From: Hypanus sabinus
Lineage: Eukaryota
Assembly: GCF_030144855.1 (NCBI RefSeq)
Contig: NC_082712.1
Coordinates: forward strand, 11,966,001 to 12,030,000
Length of the DNA: 64,000 nucleotides
Direction: 5' to 3'
Position numbers and translations under genes: made by a program. The notes beneath the pieces are model-generated. The model worked only from the letters and a program-made list of their open reading frames with translations. It ran no database searches and had not been told where the DNA came from. This document shows positions 13,215 through 26,226 of this stretch, piece after piece; the first letter of the stretch is position 1, and the number at the start of each line of letters is the position of its first letter.

Positions 13215-13700
13215 TGAAATCTGATTTCCAACCCGTTCTGACATCTCAGTCTATGGCCTCATTTTCTGTCACAATGAAGCCACCCTCAAGATGAGGAGCA
13301 ACACATTATATTCCATCTGCGAAGCCTCCAACCTAAAGGCATGAATATTGATTTCTGCTTCTGGTACAAAAATTCATTCCCCCCACCCCTGTTCTTCTAT
13401 TCCCCAATCGGAACCCTTACCTCTTCTCAACTTATCTATCACCTACCCCTGGTGCCCTTTCTCCTTCCCTGTCTCTATGGTTCACTCTCCTCTCCTGTCA
13501 GATACCTTCATCTCCTGCCCTTTGTCCCACCTCGCTTCACCTATTACTTTCCAGCTATCCTTCTTCCCCTCAATCCACATGTTCATTCTGGAGCCTTCCG
13601 CCTTCCATTCCCATCCCGAAATGCCGACGGTTTGTTCATTGTCACGGACGATGCCTGTCCTGCTGTGTTCCTCCTGCATTTTGTGCATGCTGCTTTCGAT
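13215..13700 (+). mobile_element. Penelope 3' fragment with a decayed hammerhead/tail module
   Basis: gagcaacacattatattccatctg...aacctaaaggcatgaatattgatttc, a pyrimidine-rich 3' region and a cccgaaatgccgac remnant. Confidence 0.7.
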
Positions 13701-14059
13701 TTGCAGGATCTGTGAAATTCCAAGTGTTATGGACAGGGTAAATGCAAGGAGGCCTTTCCCCCGGAGGACGAGCGCGATCAGAACTAGACGTCAGGATACC
13801 GGGCGAGGGGTGAAATGTTCAGAGTGGATATGAGGGAGTGTTTTTTACTCAGTATGTGGTGAGAACGTGGATGGACTGCCAGCGTAAGTAGCGGATGCGG
13901 GGTCAATTTCACCCCCTTATGCGGATGTGAGGGGTGTGAAGGGCTCTGGTACCACTGAATTTCCATGGGACTAGGCAGCACAATTGTTCAGCATAGACTA
14001 GATGGACCGATTGGCCTGCTCATGTGCTGTACTGTTCAACTGTTGTCAGGGCAAGAGGC

Positions 14060-14290
14060 TTATTTCACAATTGGTCCATTGAGATGTCCCATCGAAGCTG
14101 ACCTTGAGCCTGGTGGTCGGTGATTTCAGGCTCTGGCATCTGGAGAGGACAGATGAGAGGACCTCCGGGGTATTCGGGCTGTCTGGTTCTGCTGGCCCTT
14201 TACCGAGACAAAGTCCGCAGAGGGGAAGCTGGTTCCTGAGATGTGCTGAGCTGTGTCTACGGATTCCTGTGGTTTCATGCAGAATAATTC
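14060..14290 (-). mobile_element. Rex1/Babar RT C-terminal fragment
   Basis: Two frames give SVDTAQHISGTSFPS and CLGK...SLKSPTTRLKVSF, matching the Rex/Babar C-terminus. Confidence 0.65.
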
Positions 14291-14399
14291 CCACAGCAAA
14301 GCATTATATAAGCAATGCTTTCTATTGTGCATCGATAAAAACTTCTAATCTACATCGCGAGAACGTAAACATTCTTTGTTTGTGCCCTGCATCAGGGTC

Positions 14400-14592
14400 T
14401 GTGGTAAACTATGTATACCTGTCTGGACACGCCCCTCTGCTGACTGCTCCTGTGGCTTCTCCCACAGACCCCTGTATAGAGGCGATTGGGGCACTGCTCC
14501 TCCCTCAGTCTCCGAGATGTCGTGCTCCCTCTTGCTGCTAATGGAAGCCTATCGTTCACTTCCAGTCTCCGAGAGTTATTGATGGTGCATCA
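14400..14592 (+). mobile_element. Short (~193 bp) solo LTR with a 5-bp TSD (GGGTC)
   Basis: TGTGGTAAA...GGTGCATCA termini, flanked by gggtc on both sides. A second copy lies in reverse at 50596-50791. Confidence 0.8.
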
Positions 14593-14779
14593 GGGTCCTT
14601 CCCCAGCAGCCTTGCCCCTACATTGTGACAGAGCGCTCTCGCCGAACATGGACCCAGCAAATACAAACACTGTTTTTTCAAACTCTCGTCAGCCAGAATC
14701 CCGCACAGAGTGCAATTCAAGACAGTGACTCAAAGTCCCAGTTATCACTTTAGCCACGGGGTAAATACGTCAGTTATAT

Positions 14780-15744
14780 AAGGGCAAGGTGTTGTTCTGT
14801 CTTGCCCACCGACCAAAACCCCCTTCACCACCCGGGTCATTGATAATCCGGGCAAACCTGTTGGTCGCCTGGAGGCTCCCATTGGGGGGTGGATACTGTC
14901 AGGGTCCGGATTGTGTTCACTTTAAATTTACCTTGTTTGTGTTACGATCCGACCGTTGGATCCTTATTTCCCTTTAATTCCTGGTTTTCCCGTGTCCCTT
15001 GGGCTTGGTGATTAAAGGCAATTTACTCGCGACCGAACCGGCAGTTTATAAGTTTCCGGCTTCAGCCGTTCTGCGAGTGAGTGTTAACGAAGCTGGTGTG
15101 AGTCAAAGTCATCTAGCCGGAGCAAGCCACGTCTCCTCCTGAAGGAAGTACCAGCAAGCCCGAGCAGGTCCGGCAAGGTTAACCCGCCAGGGTGAGTCAA
15201 GAGCTCACCGCTGCTTGGGGCAAACTTGTGCCCAGTTATAGTACCGACTATCGTTGTGTGGTCTCCGTATCCATGCCCTGTGTTTCAAAGGCGTCCTGAC
15301 ACTGTGTCAAGAAGAGTCCCGACTCCGTCCTGTGTCTAAGGAGGATTCCCGGCTCAATGCTTTTTATCCTGTGTCTGAGTCTGTCCGGGGAATAAGAGTT
15401 CCGGCTCCATATACTGCGTCTAAGGAGTCCTGGCTCAGTGCTCTATGTCCTGTGTTTAAGTATCGCGTCCTGGCTCCAAGGTCCACGATCCGAGTCCTGG
15501 TTGCGATGTCCGAGTTCCAAGTCCTAGCCCAGACCCTGAGTCCCAGCCTAGTCCAGGGCCTGAGTCCTTGTCCATTACACCTATTCCCGGTTCCACTTTG
15601 CTCTCCTTGATTTCTCTCTGTTCTATCCTTTCGTCCCGGCTCTCCTTTTAAGTAGTAATAAACTCTATTTAGTTAACCCGACAAAATGTGTTTGTGTCCT
15701 GCATTTGGGTCCTTCCCCAGCACCCTTGCCCCCACATTATGACA
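14780..15744 (+). mobile_element. 3' end of a sushi-like Gypsy element: internally deleted integrase/chromodomain tail, PPT and 3' LTR (14897-15744)
   Basis: PPSPP.VI remnant, purine tract ggggggtggatac directly before TGTCAGGGTCC, AATAAA at about 15657 and an ATGACA end. Internal gagtcctggctc-type tandem repeats at about 15310-15480. Confidence 0.75.
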
Positions 15745-16139
15745 CCCTCCATGACTTCCTCCTTCTCTGCAGCCGTGTCACTATCTCCGATCAGCAGTGT
15801 CACGCCTTCATCTCTCTTTCCTCCTCCCCTGTCCTTTCGGAAACATCTAAAGCCTGGCATTCGAAGTAGCCATTCCTGCCCCGAGCCATCGAAGTATCTT
15901 TAATGGGCGCAACATCACAGCACTGATCCACATTCTAAGCTCAGCCGCTGTGTTTGTGAATCGTTCAAGAGTGGAAGGGAAAATACTGGAAAACATTTTA
16001 CAGGACAAAATTTATTATCAGAGATGAAGCAATAGTGATTCGAGGCAAATTTATACCCCTGAAGAACAATTCCAATGAAACCACAAGTACAAATCCAATC
16101 AGAAAGGAAACCAACTAGTATGGCAAAATGTCATGAGCA

Positions 16140-16830
16140 TTCTTCAGGACTGGGAAGGAAGGGGGGAAGGTGCCAGAGTGTAAAGGTGGGGGTAGGGGAG
16201 GGCCAGCAGGAAGCTGAGCGGTGAAGCCAAATGGCTGGGGAAGGTCAAGAGCCGACAAAGGAATCTGATGGGACAGGAGAGTGGACCATAGAAAAAAGGG
16301 AAGGAGGAGACTCGGTGGGGGGGCGGGTGGAGTAATAGTTGAGAGGAGGTAAAATGGTCAGAGTGGGGAATAGAGGAAGATGGAGGTTAGGGTAGAATTG
16401 ATTTACCGGAAGGAGAAATCGATATTCATGTATTCGGGTTGGAGCTTACCCAGGCGGAATATAAGGTGTCGCTGCTCTGCCCTGAGGGGGATCTTATCAC
16501 GGCACAAGAGGAAACCATGGAACGACACATCAGAACAGGAATGGGAATACAATTAAAATGTTCAGCCATCGTAAAGTTCCTCTTCTGGCGAATGGAGCGG
16601 AGGTACTCTTTGAAGCGGTCCCCCAATTTACGACGAGTCTCACCAAAGTTGAAGAGGCCACATTGGGGCCACACTGGACACAATAGACAACCCCAGCAGA
16701 TATTCAGGTGAAGTGTTGTCCCACCTGGAAGCACTGCCTTGGGCCCTGAAGGGAGGTGGTATATGGGCAGGTACAACACTTAGGCTGCTTACAGGGATAA
16801 GCGCCAGGAGCGAGATTAGTGGGGAGGGAG
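16140..16830 (-). mobile_element. Penelope GIY-YIG/3' fragment ending in a truncated hammerhead core (cagtcCTGAAGA)
   Basis: Translates to CGLFNFGETRRKLGDRFKEYLRSIRQK...AEHFN. Core remnant at 16141-16156. Confidence 0.8.
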
Positions 16831-17392
16831 CGATCCCTATAGAAAGCGGGGGGGGGGGGGGGAGGTAAAGATACGTATGTTTAGAGGTAGGATATTCAAA
16901 TGAATGTTAGTGTTTTTCCAACAAAAGACGCCTCTGATAAAGCAATGATCCCTAATTACTGTGTCACTATGTCCTGCTAAGTACAGCTCACTGAACTGGG
17001 GTTTTCTTTTCATCTTGTGATGGAAAGGCTTCAAGCAGATTAACAATAAAGGTTCAGTTCATTGCAGTGTGCAAATAGATTAAATGGACTTCCTAACCAA
17101 CAGAACAGGCTGCCGGCAACGGTGGTGGAGATGGATGCGATAGGGTCTTTTAAGAGACTTTTGGATAGGTACATGGAGTTTAGGAAAACAGAGTAAGCCT
17201 AGTAATCTAGTAACTTCTAAGGTAGGGACATGTTCGGCACAACTTTGTGGGCCGAAGGGCCTGTATTGTGCTGTAGGTTTTCTATGTTTCTATTATAAGG
17301 CAAACCAGGAAGTGCGACGCCATGACAGGATGAATTGTGAGATCAAGAAACCATCTAAACTTACAATTATCAACAGTCTTATAACATTGAGA

Positions 17393-17451
17393 TACTGTAG
17401 CGTGCAAAAGTCTTATACCTGGGATGCCGAAGACTTTAGCACAGCAATGTA
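17393..17451. mobile_element. Tiny palindromic Tc1-type MITE
   Basis: Inverted arms gtgcaaaagtctt / aagactttagcac around a short centre. Related copy at 47645-47703. Confidence 0.55.
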
Positions 17452-17539
17452 TTTGACAGCATGAAGCAGAAAGTGAGTTTGTGAATCTGGCAGGAGCAAA
17501 GTATGTTTGAAATGGCGAGGGTGGAATGTCGAGGGAGGC

Positions 17540-19900
17540 TGCTGTAACACAAACCTCTTACTCAATGTCACCAAGACCAAGGAGCTGAGTATTGACTTCT
17601 GAAGGAGGAACAAAGAGATCCATAAGCGAGTACTCATGGGAGGATCAGAGGTGGAGAAGGTCAGCAACTCTAAATTCCTCCGTGTTTTTATCTCCGAGAA
17701 TCGGCCCTGGACCCGCCACCTATGTGAAATTGCAAGGCACCTCTACTTCTATACAAGATATTTGGAGGAATAGACAGAGTGGACAGCCAGTGCCTCTTCC
17801 CCAGGGCACCACTGCTCAGTACAAGAGGACATGGCTTTAAGGTAAAGGGGAGGGAAGTTCAAGGGGGATATTAGAGGAAGGTTTTTCACTCAGAGTGGTT
17901 GGTGCATGGAATGCACTGCCTGAGTCAGTGGTGGAGGCATATACACTAGTGAAATTTAAGAGACTACTAGACAGGTATATGTAGGAATTTAAGGTGGAGG
18001 GTTATATGGGAGGCAGGGTTTAAGGGTTGGCACATCATTGTGGGCCGAATGGCCTGTACTGTGCTGTATTGTTCTTTATGAGTTTGCGAAGTATCGGCAC
18101 GACATCTAAAACGTTGGCAAACTTCTACAGATGTGTGGTGGCGAGTACATTGACCGGGTGCGTCACAGCCTGACAGGGAAACACCAATGCCTTTGAACGG
18201 AAAATCATACAAATGTAATGGATACGACAGAGTCCTTCACGGGTACAGCCTTCCCCACTATTGAACACATGTACACAGGAGGCTGATGCAGGAAAGTAGC
18301 ATCTGTCATCAGGGACCCCGACCACCCAGGACATGCTCCCTCTCACTGCTGCCATTGAGAAGAAGGTACAGGGGTCTCAGGACTGACAGAACGAGGGTCA
18401 GGAATACTTATTACCCCTCAAGCATCAGGCTCATGAACCAAACGGAATGACTTCATCAACTTCACTTCATCATTAGATAATAAAACATTAAGACACAGGA
18501 GCAGAATTAGACCATTTAGCCCATTGAGTCTGCTCCGTCATTCCATCAATGCTGATCCAGATACACTTGCCTTCTCACCAAATCATTTGATGCCCTGACC
18601 GAGCAGGAAACGATCATCTTTTGCTTTAAATATGCCCACAGTCTCTGCCTCCACCACAGTCTGTGGCAGAGAATCCCACAGGTTTATACTCTGGCTAAAA
18701 AATTCCTGCTTCCCTCTGTTCTACAAGGTCACCCTTCAGTTTAGGGACTGTGCCTCTTAGCTCTGGTTACCTGCTACAGAGGAAACATCCTCTCTACATC
18801 CACACTATATAGTCCTTTCAACATTCGTTAGGTTTCAATGAGATCTGCTCACATCCTTCTAAATTCCAGCGAATACAGGCAGAAAACTGCCAAACAGAAC
18901 TCGTATGTTAACCCCTTCATTCCTGGAATCCTCCTCGTGAACCTCCTCTGGACTCTCTCCAAAGAAAGCACATCTTTTTGGAGATATAGGCCCAAAACGT
19001 TTCTTCGAACTTAAAGAAAAAACAGCACAGTGTGTCTTAATGCACTCACCATATTCTGTGGAAATCAAACTTGCCAACTCTTATAAGCTGCACCTCTGCC
19101 CACTCCACAATACATTCGTCCCCACACACACACACATCAAACTTTAAACTACATCTTGCTATATTTGGGGCCATGGAGCATTGTGACCAGTTTTGGGCCC
19201 CTTCTCTAAGAAAATATGGGCTGGCATTGCAGATGTTCCAGAAGAGGTTCACGAGAATGATTCAGGGAGTGAGAGGGTTAACATAAGAGGAAAGTGTGAT
19301 GATTCTGGGTCTGTTCTCGATGGTGTTTAGCAGAGTAGGAGGGGGTGAGCTCATTGCATTCTGTCGAAAAGCCGAGATCGAGGAGATGGTGAGAGGATGC
19401 TTCCTATAGTGGCGAGTCTAGGACCAGAAGGGACAGTCTCCGAATAGAGGGGTGTCCTATTAAAACAGAGATGAGGAGGACTTCGCTAGTCAGGGTATAG
19501 TGAATCTGTGGAATTCATTGCCCAAGGTATTACATCGAATATCCTAACATGGATAAAAGAGATCAGGGTATGAAGGGTCCCAGCCAGAAACATCGACTGC
19601 TTACTCTTTTCCATAGATGCTGCCTAGCCCACTGAGATCCCCTCGCATGAAGGGAGCCTTTTCTGGGTGCCTGCCGGTAACTCGTGATGTTGCACAGGGG
19701 CCTGTGTTGGGACCAATTCATTGTACATTATACGTTAATGATTTGGATGATAGAATTGTTGGCTTTGATGCAGACTTTGCAGATGATACGAAGATATGTG
19801 GAAGGCAAGGTGGGTTTGAGGAAGTGGAATGACTACAGAAGGACCTAGACAGATTAGGAGAATGGGGAAACAAGTGGAGATGGAATGCATTGTCGGTAAG
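17540..19900. mobile_element. Mosaic of CR1 and Rex1/Babar fragments in both orientations
   Basis: ctcaatgtcaccaagaccaaggagctg (Rex/Babar RT), CR1 3' tails (cagagagtggtgagt-like) and gatgatacgaagat (CR1 FADDT). Confidence 0.7.
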
Positions 19901-20122
19901 TGTATGGTCATACACATTGGCAGAATAAATGAAAGGTTAACTATTTTTTTTAAATGGGGAGAAAATACAGAGAAAATACAAAAAAAGCAGCTGAGCAAAA
20001 TGACTTGGGAGACCTTGTTTAAGAATCCCTCAAAGATAATTTCCAGACTGAGACTCAGAAAAGATGACCAGTTCAGGTCGACATCACACCTACTCACTGT
20101 CTTCTCCTGTCCATACTACACC

Positions 20123-20253
20123 AACTGCTGCCACTGGGCTATAAACGTGCAGGAGCAGTGTGGGGTTAAGTGCGTTGCACACTGCCTCAGCTGGGGCTCG
20201 AACTAATGACCTTCAGATCACTAGCCCAAAGCCTTCACCAATTGGCCACACGC
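20123..20253 (-). mobile_element. tRNA-derived SINE (same family as 3801-3975)
   Basis: Reverse complement ggcgtgtggccaattggtgaaggctttgggctagtgatctgaaggtcattagttcgagcccc. Confidence 0.75.
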
Positions 20254-21926
20254 CCCACTCACTGTCCTCAGCCCAATAGTGATTGCTGTCTGTGCAGCGT
20301 TTACCACCGCCTTAATTAGGCCTCTATCTACGATCGTTCTCCAGTTCTACATATTTGGCATGTTCAGCCCAGAATTCTGCAACAGGTTGTAGAGTCAATG
20401 TAGGAAGAGGTCAATTAAAAACAGATAACATTTCTTCATGTGGAACATGGTGTTCTCGTTGGATCTTGTTGCGTCTGCACCTTGTGGTTGGAAAACCGGT
20501 CTTCTCAGTCTCCTGCGGTGGATCAGTCTTGTCGCTTTCTGTGGACAGAACGAAACGGTTAACACGAATCTAGATCATGCAATGACACCACATCCGACTC
20601 CCTCCCCCCAATTCATTTATAACCTTTGAAGGGATTTGGATCGAGAGATGACTGGGAATTCCCACAGAATAAATTTTGTCGTTGGCATCAGTGTTTGACA
20701 ACAAAACTGGAGATGAGCCCAAACATTGATTCAGTTGGAAACTTTACGGTGACATAACAACATAGGTCATGTTGTTGACAGGAAGATGGTCTTAGGCTAT
20801 AGGATAATATTGATAAACTTGTATGGAGCTTAGATTCAGACCGTAAGAGCATATGAAATAGCATCAGAGTTTTGGCATTCAGCCCATCTATTCTGCTCTG
20901 CTATCCCATCGTGGTTGATTTATTATCCCTAACAACCCCATTCTCCTGTCCTCATCCCGTCATCTTTGACACCCTTACTATTCAGGAACCCATCAATCTC
21001 TGTTTTAAGTATTCCCACAGGCATTTATTGCTGTAAATTCCACAGATTCAGCATCCTCTGGCTCAGGAAATCCCTCGGAATATCCATTCTGAAGGAAAAT
21101 CCTCTGTGAATGGCAGAGTGAATTTAATCCTGTCTGTGATTCAATTTCTAGGATACAGGTATTTGAATATCAGATTTCTTAGGATGAATCTGGAAGAGAG
21201 GGAAGTGGATACAAAAATCATAGGAGCTAAGTAAATGAAACGTGTTGGGGACAGTAACAGATCGAGGCTGTAATTTAAGGAGGAACCTGATTATCAATGA
21301 TATTAGAGACATGGAAATCATTTGAATACTTCTCAGTGTCAATATGTTTGAAGTTGATACACTAACAGTTTAAACTGGATTATTGTTGAGGGAGATGGCT
21401 GCAGAGATTCAGTCAAGAGCTAAATCTCTGAGGGATTTTGCCTCATGGACTAGTCTTGTGTAGACCAAGAGACCAGATTCACCCTGGGTTGACTGCACTA
21501 CCTGATCCCAGTGCATGTGGGATGGCTAAGAGTCGAAACTTTCCCGTATTGTTTCTTCTGGGTTCCAGAGTGTCCTTTTGTGCACATCAACATTAGATTT
21601 GTAATTAGAATGTAGAACATTCCAGCACAGTACAAGCCCTTCAGCCCTCGACGTTATGCCAACCTGTCAGCCTTCTCTAAGCTCAATCTATTATTTATCA
21701 TTTTGTTATTTACAGATACAACGGCCCACCAGGTTGCGACACCCAGAAACTCAGGGATGTAATCCCAGCCTAATCACAGGACGGTTCTCAATGAACAACT
21801 AATCTGATAACTGGAACATCACTGGACCGTGGGAGGAAGCCAGAGCACCCGGGGAAACCGACGTGCACATGGGAAGAGCGCACATTCTTTCGAACAAAGG
21901 GCGCCAGATGTCTAACCCTTTCCTCT

Positions 21927-21963
21927 AGTCCTGCCGAAGGGTCTCTGCCCGAAACGTCGACTG
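21927..21963 (+). ncRNA. Minimal type-I hammerhead motif in a solo Penelope-derived module (core variant CTGCCGA)
   Basis: AGTC CTGCCGA a GGG tctctg CCC GAAAC GTC GACT. Stem I AGTC/GACT is perfect and the triplet is GUC, but core A6 is changed to C. Followed by the conserved tail ccatagatgctgcctggcctgctgagttcctccagcattttgtgtg. Confidence 0.6.
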
Positions 21964-22282
21964 TACTTTTTCCATAGATGCTGCCTGGCCTGCTGAGTTC
22001 CTCCAGCATTTTGTGTGTGTCGCTTTAAGTTACACCATCTGCACGTTTTCTCTTGTTTCCGGGTACGTTTAATCCGAAATGTATCTCAAAATGCTAAACA
22101 GTCTACAAACACTTCTGCAGGAGTCACTCTTATGATGCAACGAGTATTTTCTACAGTGCTCCCACAAACAGCAAACAACAAGTACTGACTGGGCCACCGC
22201 AAGTATTTGAGCCAGTTCCCAACGTCCACCGACTGTCTGAGTGAATCGGATTTCAGTCACGTCACGGCAAGAGCCTTCAGCA

Positions 22283-22401
22283 TTAGTACATACAGTACCT
22301 GAGTTTGTCACAGTAGAGAACGGCACCCATCACTAAAAGGGCGAGAGTTTTCAGTCCGAGTGGGATACACAACATCAGCACGGTTTCAGAAGCGCCTGTC
22401 C
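22283..22401 (-). CDS. Exon 4: stalk, transmembrane helix with intramembrane Lys, very short tail (GTGASETVLMLCIPLGLKTLALLVMGAVLYCDKLRYCMY*)
   Basis: Strong acceptor ctcactttctcttcag|GG in phase 1. Hydrophobic 23-aa stretch with a central K (compare the Siglec-15 TM LGFKALLLL). Stop TAA at 22285-22283 if read through; alternative donors lie after 22299 (GTACTG) and 22294 (GTATGT). Exon sum 61+384+390+119 = 954 nt = 317 aa + stop. Confidence 0.85.
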
Positions 22402-25400
22402 CTGAAGAGAAAGTGAGAGAGGTCAATCCAGACTCGGGCAAAGGGGGAGAGACCAATAATGTGGACTGATTAAAATCAGTCGCTGTGTAGATGAATTTAT
22501 CATTCAGCAGATTTTTACTGAAGATGATAACTTGTGTGTGACTCCCATCCACTCCATAATGTACTGGTTAGGCACAGGAGTACATTCAGCCAGAGACTCA
22601 TTCCACCGAGATGTAACACTGAGCGTCATAGGAAGTCATTCCTACCGGTGGCCATCAAACTTTACAACTCCTCCCTCGGAGTGTCAGACACCCTGAGCCA
22701 ATAGGCTGGTCCTGGACATATTTCCACTTGGCATGATTAACTTATTATTTAATTATTTATGGTTTTATATTGCTATATTTCTACACTGCTCTTGGTTGGT
22801 GCGGCTATAACAAAACAAAATTGCCCTCGGGATCAATAAAGTACGTCTGTCTGTCTGTTTTTCTGCTCAACTCCATTCTACTGCCATCTCCCATAAAATT
22901 TGATGTCCTTTCTAATCAAGAAGTTCTCAACCTCCACTTAAAGACCAAGATTTGACCTTCACTGTCATCTGTGGCAACAAATTCCTCAGATTCACCACCG
23001 TCTGGCTGAATAACTTCCCCCCAACTCTGTTCTAAAGGGACATTGTTCTATCCTGAGGCTGTGTCCTCCGGGTGCTCCGGTTTCCTCCCACAGTCTAAGG
23101 ATGGACCGGCTCGTCGGTTAATTGATCATTGTAAATCGTCGTGGGTTCAATAGGTGGGTTTCTGGGTGGTGTGGCTCGTTGGGTCGGAAGGGCCTGTTCC
23201 GTGCTGTATCTCTAAATGAATAAACAAATAAATAATGAGGTGGAGAGTCCATCTTATCATACTGGGGGACCACTCCGTAGTTATAACTGTAGGATAAAAG
23301 CTGTCCTTCAGCCTGGTGGTCCGTGCATCCAGGCTGTTGTACCTTCTGCCCAGTGGGAGAGGGCCGAAGAGAGAATGTCCAGGGTGGATGGGAGGGTCTC
23401 TGATTTTGCAGTCTGCTTCACAGAGACGGTGAGAAGTGCAGACAGAATCCATGGTGGGGGGCTGGCTTCTGTCTTGATGAAGGGGTTAACCTGTGAGGGG
23501 AGGTTCAGTCGCCTGGGACTATACTCTGTAGAGTTCAGAAGAATAAGGGGGGATCTTATAGAAAGATACAAAATTTTGAAAGGGAAAGATAAGATAGAAG
23601 CAGGAAAGTTGTTTCCCTTGGTAGGTGAGACTGGAACTAGGGGGCATTGCCTCAACATTCGGGGAGAAGATTTAGGATGGGGATGAGGAGAAACTGTTTT
23701 TCCCAGAGAGTGGTGAATCTGTGGAATTCTCTGCCCAGGGAAGCAGTTGAGGTTTCTTCACTAAATATATTTAAGAAACAGTTAGATAGGTTTTTACATA
23801 GTAAGGGAATTAAGGGTTTTGGGGAAGAGGTAGGTAGATGGAGCTGAGTTTACGGACAGATCAGCCATGATCTTATCGAATGGCGGGACAGGCTCGATGG
23901 GCCGGGTGGCCAAATCCTGCTCTTATTTCTTATCTTCTTATGTTCTAATTGATCCATGTGACAGGTTGAGCCCTGTAATCGTGTCCTGTCTGCCTCCTCC
24001 CCCTGACATTCTGCAGAACCGCAATCGGGATTAGGATAATTTCACCGGCTTGTGCTTTGTGCAGCAGTACATTGCAATCATCATCATTGGTATGTGCTGT
24101 GTTGTGTGATGTGGGCAATCACAGTCTCGTAACCATGATGAACACACACAAAATGCTGGAGGAACTCAGCAGGCCAGGCAGCATCTCTGGAGAAGAGTAA
24201 ACAGCTGATGTTTCAGGCTGACCCCTTCATCAGGACTCACGTTTGCAGAACAGGCCCTTTCATGAGTTCTGATGCAGAGTCTCAGCACAAAGCATCGACT
24301 GTTTACTCAGTTCTGGTGGGAGGAATGTTTGAAATTCTGAGATTGATGTGGCTGTTGGGCTGTAGTTTATTTTGCTCTCCTTCAGTTTCTGTTTTCTTTC
24401 CTGTTGCTGATTGGTGGGTTGGGGTTCTAGAGGGACGATGTATTGTTTTTGTGTGAGGGAGGGGTTGGGAATTGGTGTCTGATGTTCCTGTTGACTGTTC
24501 TGTGTGGGTGATCTGTGTGGGGAGAGGGTGTTGGGTTTGGTGTTGTCGGCACTGTATTTTTTGAGAGGGAGGGGGTTGGGGGCTTGAGGCTTTCGATCTT
24601 CTGACGATCATCTTCCATGTGGGTGATCTGTTGGCTTTTGTGCGAGGGAGGGAGGTGGGGGGTTGAGGTTGCGAGATTTTTCTTTTTCCTTTTCATGTGG
24701 GGGTATTGACGTAATGAATCCCATGGTTTATCTGGATATCATGGTTATCTGGAGAAGATGAATATCAGAGTTGTATTCTACATGCAAACTTTTGACAATA
24801 AAATGAACCTTTGATCCTTTCCCCATAGACGCTGCCTGACCTGCTGAGCTCCTCCAGTATCTTGTGTGTGTTGCTCTGGATTTCCAGCAACGGCAGATAT
24901 TTTCCTGTTTATGACCATGATTGTTCTTGGCAATTTTTCTACAAAAGTGGTTTCCATCACCTTCTTCTGAGCAGTGTCTGTACAGGATGGGTGACCCCAG
25001 CCATTATCAATACTCTTCAGAGATTGTCTGCCTGGTGTCAGTGGTCACATAACCAGAATTTGTGATCTGCACCAGCTGCTCATACAACCATCCACCACCT
25101 GATCCCATGGATTCACATGACCCTGATCAGGGGGCGAAGCAGGGGCTACACCTCGCCCAAGGGTAAAGTGAAGGCTAGTGGAGGGAAGGAGTGTCTTACA
25201 CCTCCTTTGGTAAAGACGTATCTTCACCCTGACACCCTGTTATACATTGCAATACATATTAATTAAAAAACTGTAAATTTCAATAAGAAATATATACCTA
25301 CATGTATAATTTTAAATTAAATAAGTAGCACAAAAAGAGGGAAAAATAGGGAAAAAAGTGAACTGATTGTCCATTCAGAAATCCGACGGCAGAAAGGAAG

Positions 25401-26226
25401 AAGCTCTTCCTGAAACGTTGAGTGTGCATCTTCTCTGGGAAGATTCCTGATCCTCCGTTAGAACTCCACTCATTCCTCCCAAGCTCAGGCAAGGCCCCAC
25501 CAGGGGGCCCGTTGAAGGTCTGGGGGCCGCCCTGTGTGAGGGACCGTCTGAGATGGAGTTGTGGTGGGGAAATGAAACTCATCACCAGCAGAGGCTGGGA
25601 GTGGCCGATATAACATTCATCCCCGGAGTCTGGACACAGAATACAATGGGTGCTGGAGGTTCTGACCCATCCCTGAACACTGCAGAAGATGCCGAGATGG
25701 TGTGGGAGAGAGCAGAGGCCTCTGTGGACGTGCTGGAGTCCGTCGTGGGTTGGGGACAGGCCACTCCCATCGGTGCTGCCTTCCTCTTTTGCTCAGTGCT
25801 GCCCCCCAGTGTTCACTTAGTGAGAGACAAGCTGGACCAGGACAATATCCAATCTACCATCCAGCTCCAATCCAGACCACTCAGGAACTTGGGCAATATT
25901 ATGTCTTTTTGTGACTGTATGCTTTTCTGCCATCGTAACAATGTGTACTGTGTGCTGTTGCTACTCTGCTTTACAGCTTGTCCCTGGAGGAACACTGTTT
26001 TGTTTTGCTGTACGCACGTGTGGCTGATTGACAATTAAACTTGAACTTGAATGTGGTGACGGGTTCTTTTCCGGGTCTGATCTACAGTCAGATCTCACTC
26101 GGGGACAGACAGATAAACCCGGGGGTGGGGTTGATTAGAGGAAGGATAATGGTAGCAGGCTACCCCCCACCCCACCCCCCCCAAAACCCTCCCCATGCCC
26201 TGCAGAATGTGTCAATGATATCTTAC

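Larger units (their letters stand above)
20440..22540. repeat. Local segmental duplication, copy B (contains the intact TM exon)
   Basis: As for copy A; same orientation, offset about 15.85 kb. Confidence 0.88.

Noticed and set aside
25440-25830. Possible missing C2-set or mucin-stalk exon between V2 and TM
   Set aside because: No minus-strand frame gives an Ig Cys/Trp pattern with usable phase-1 splice sites. It lies between LINE tails and is probably TE-derived.
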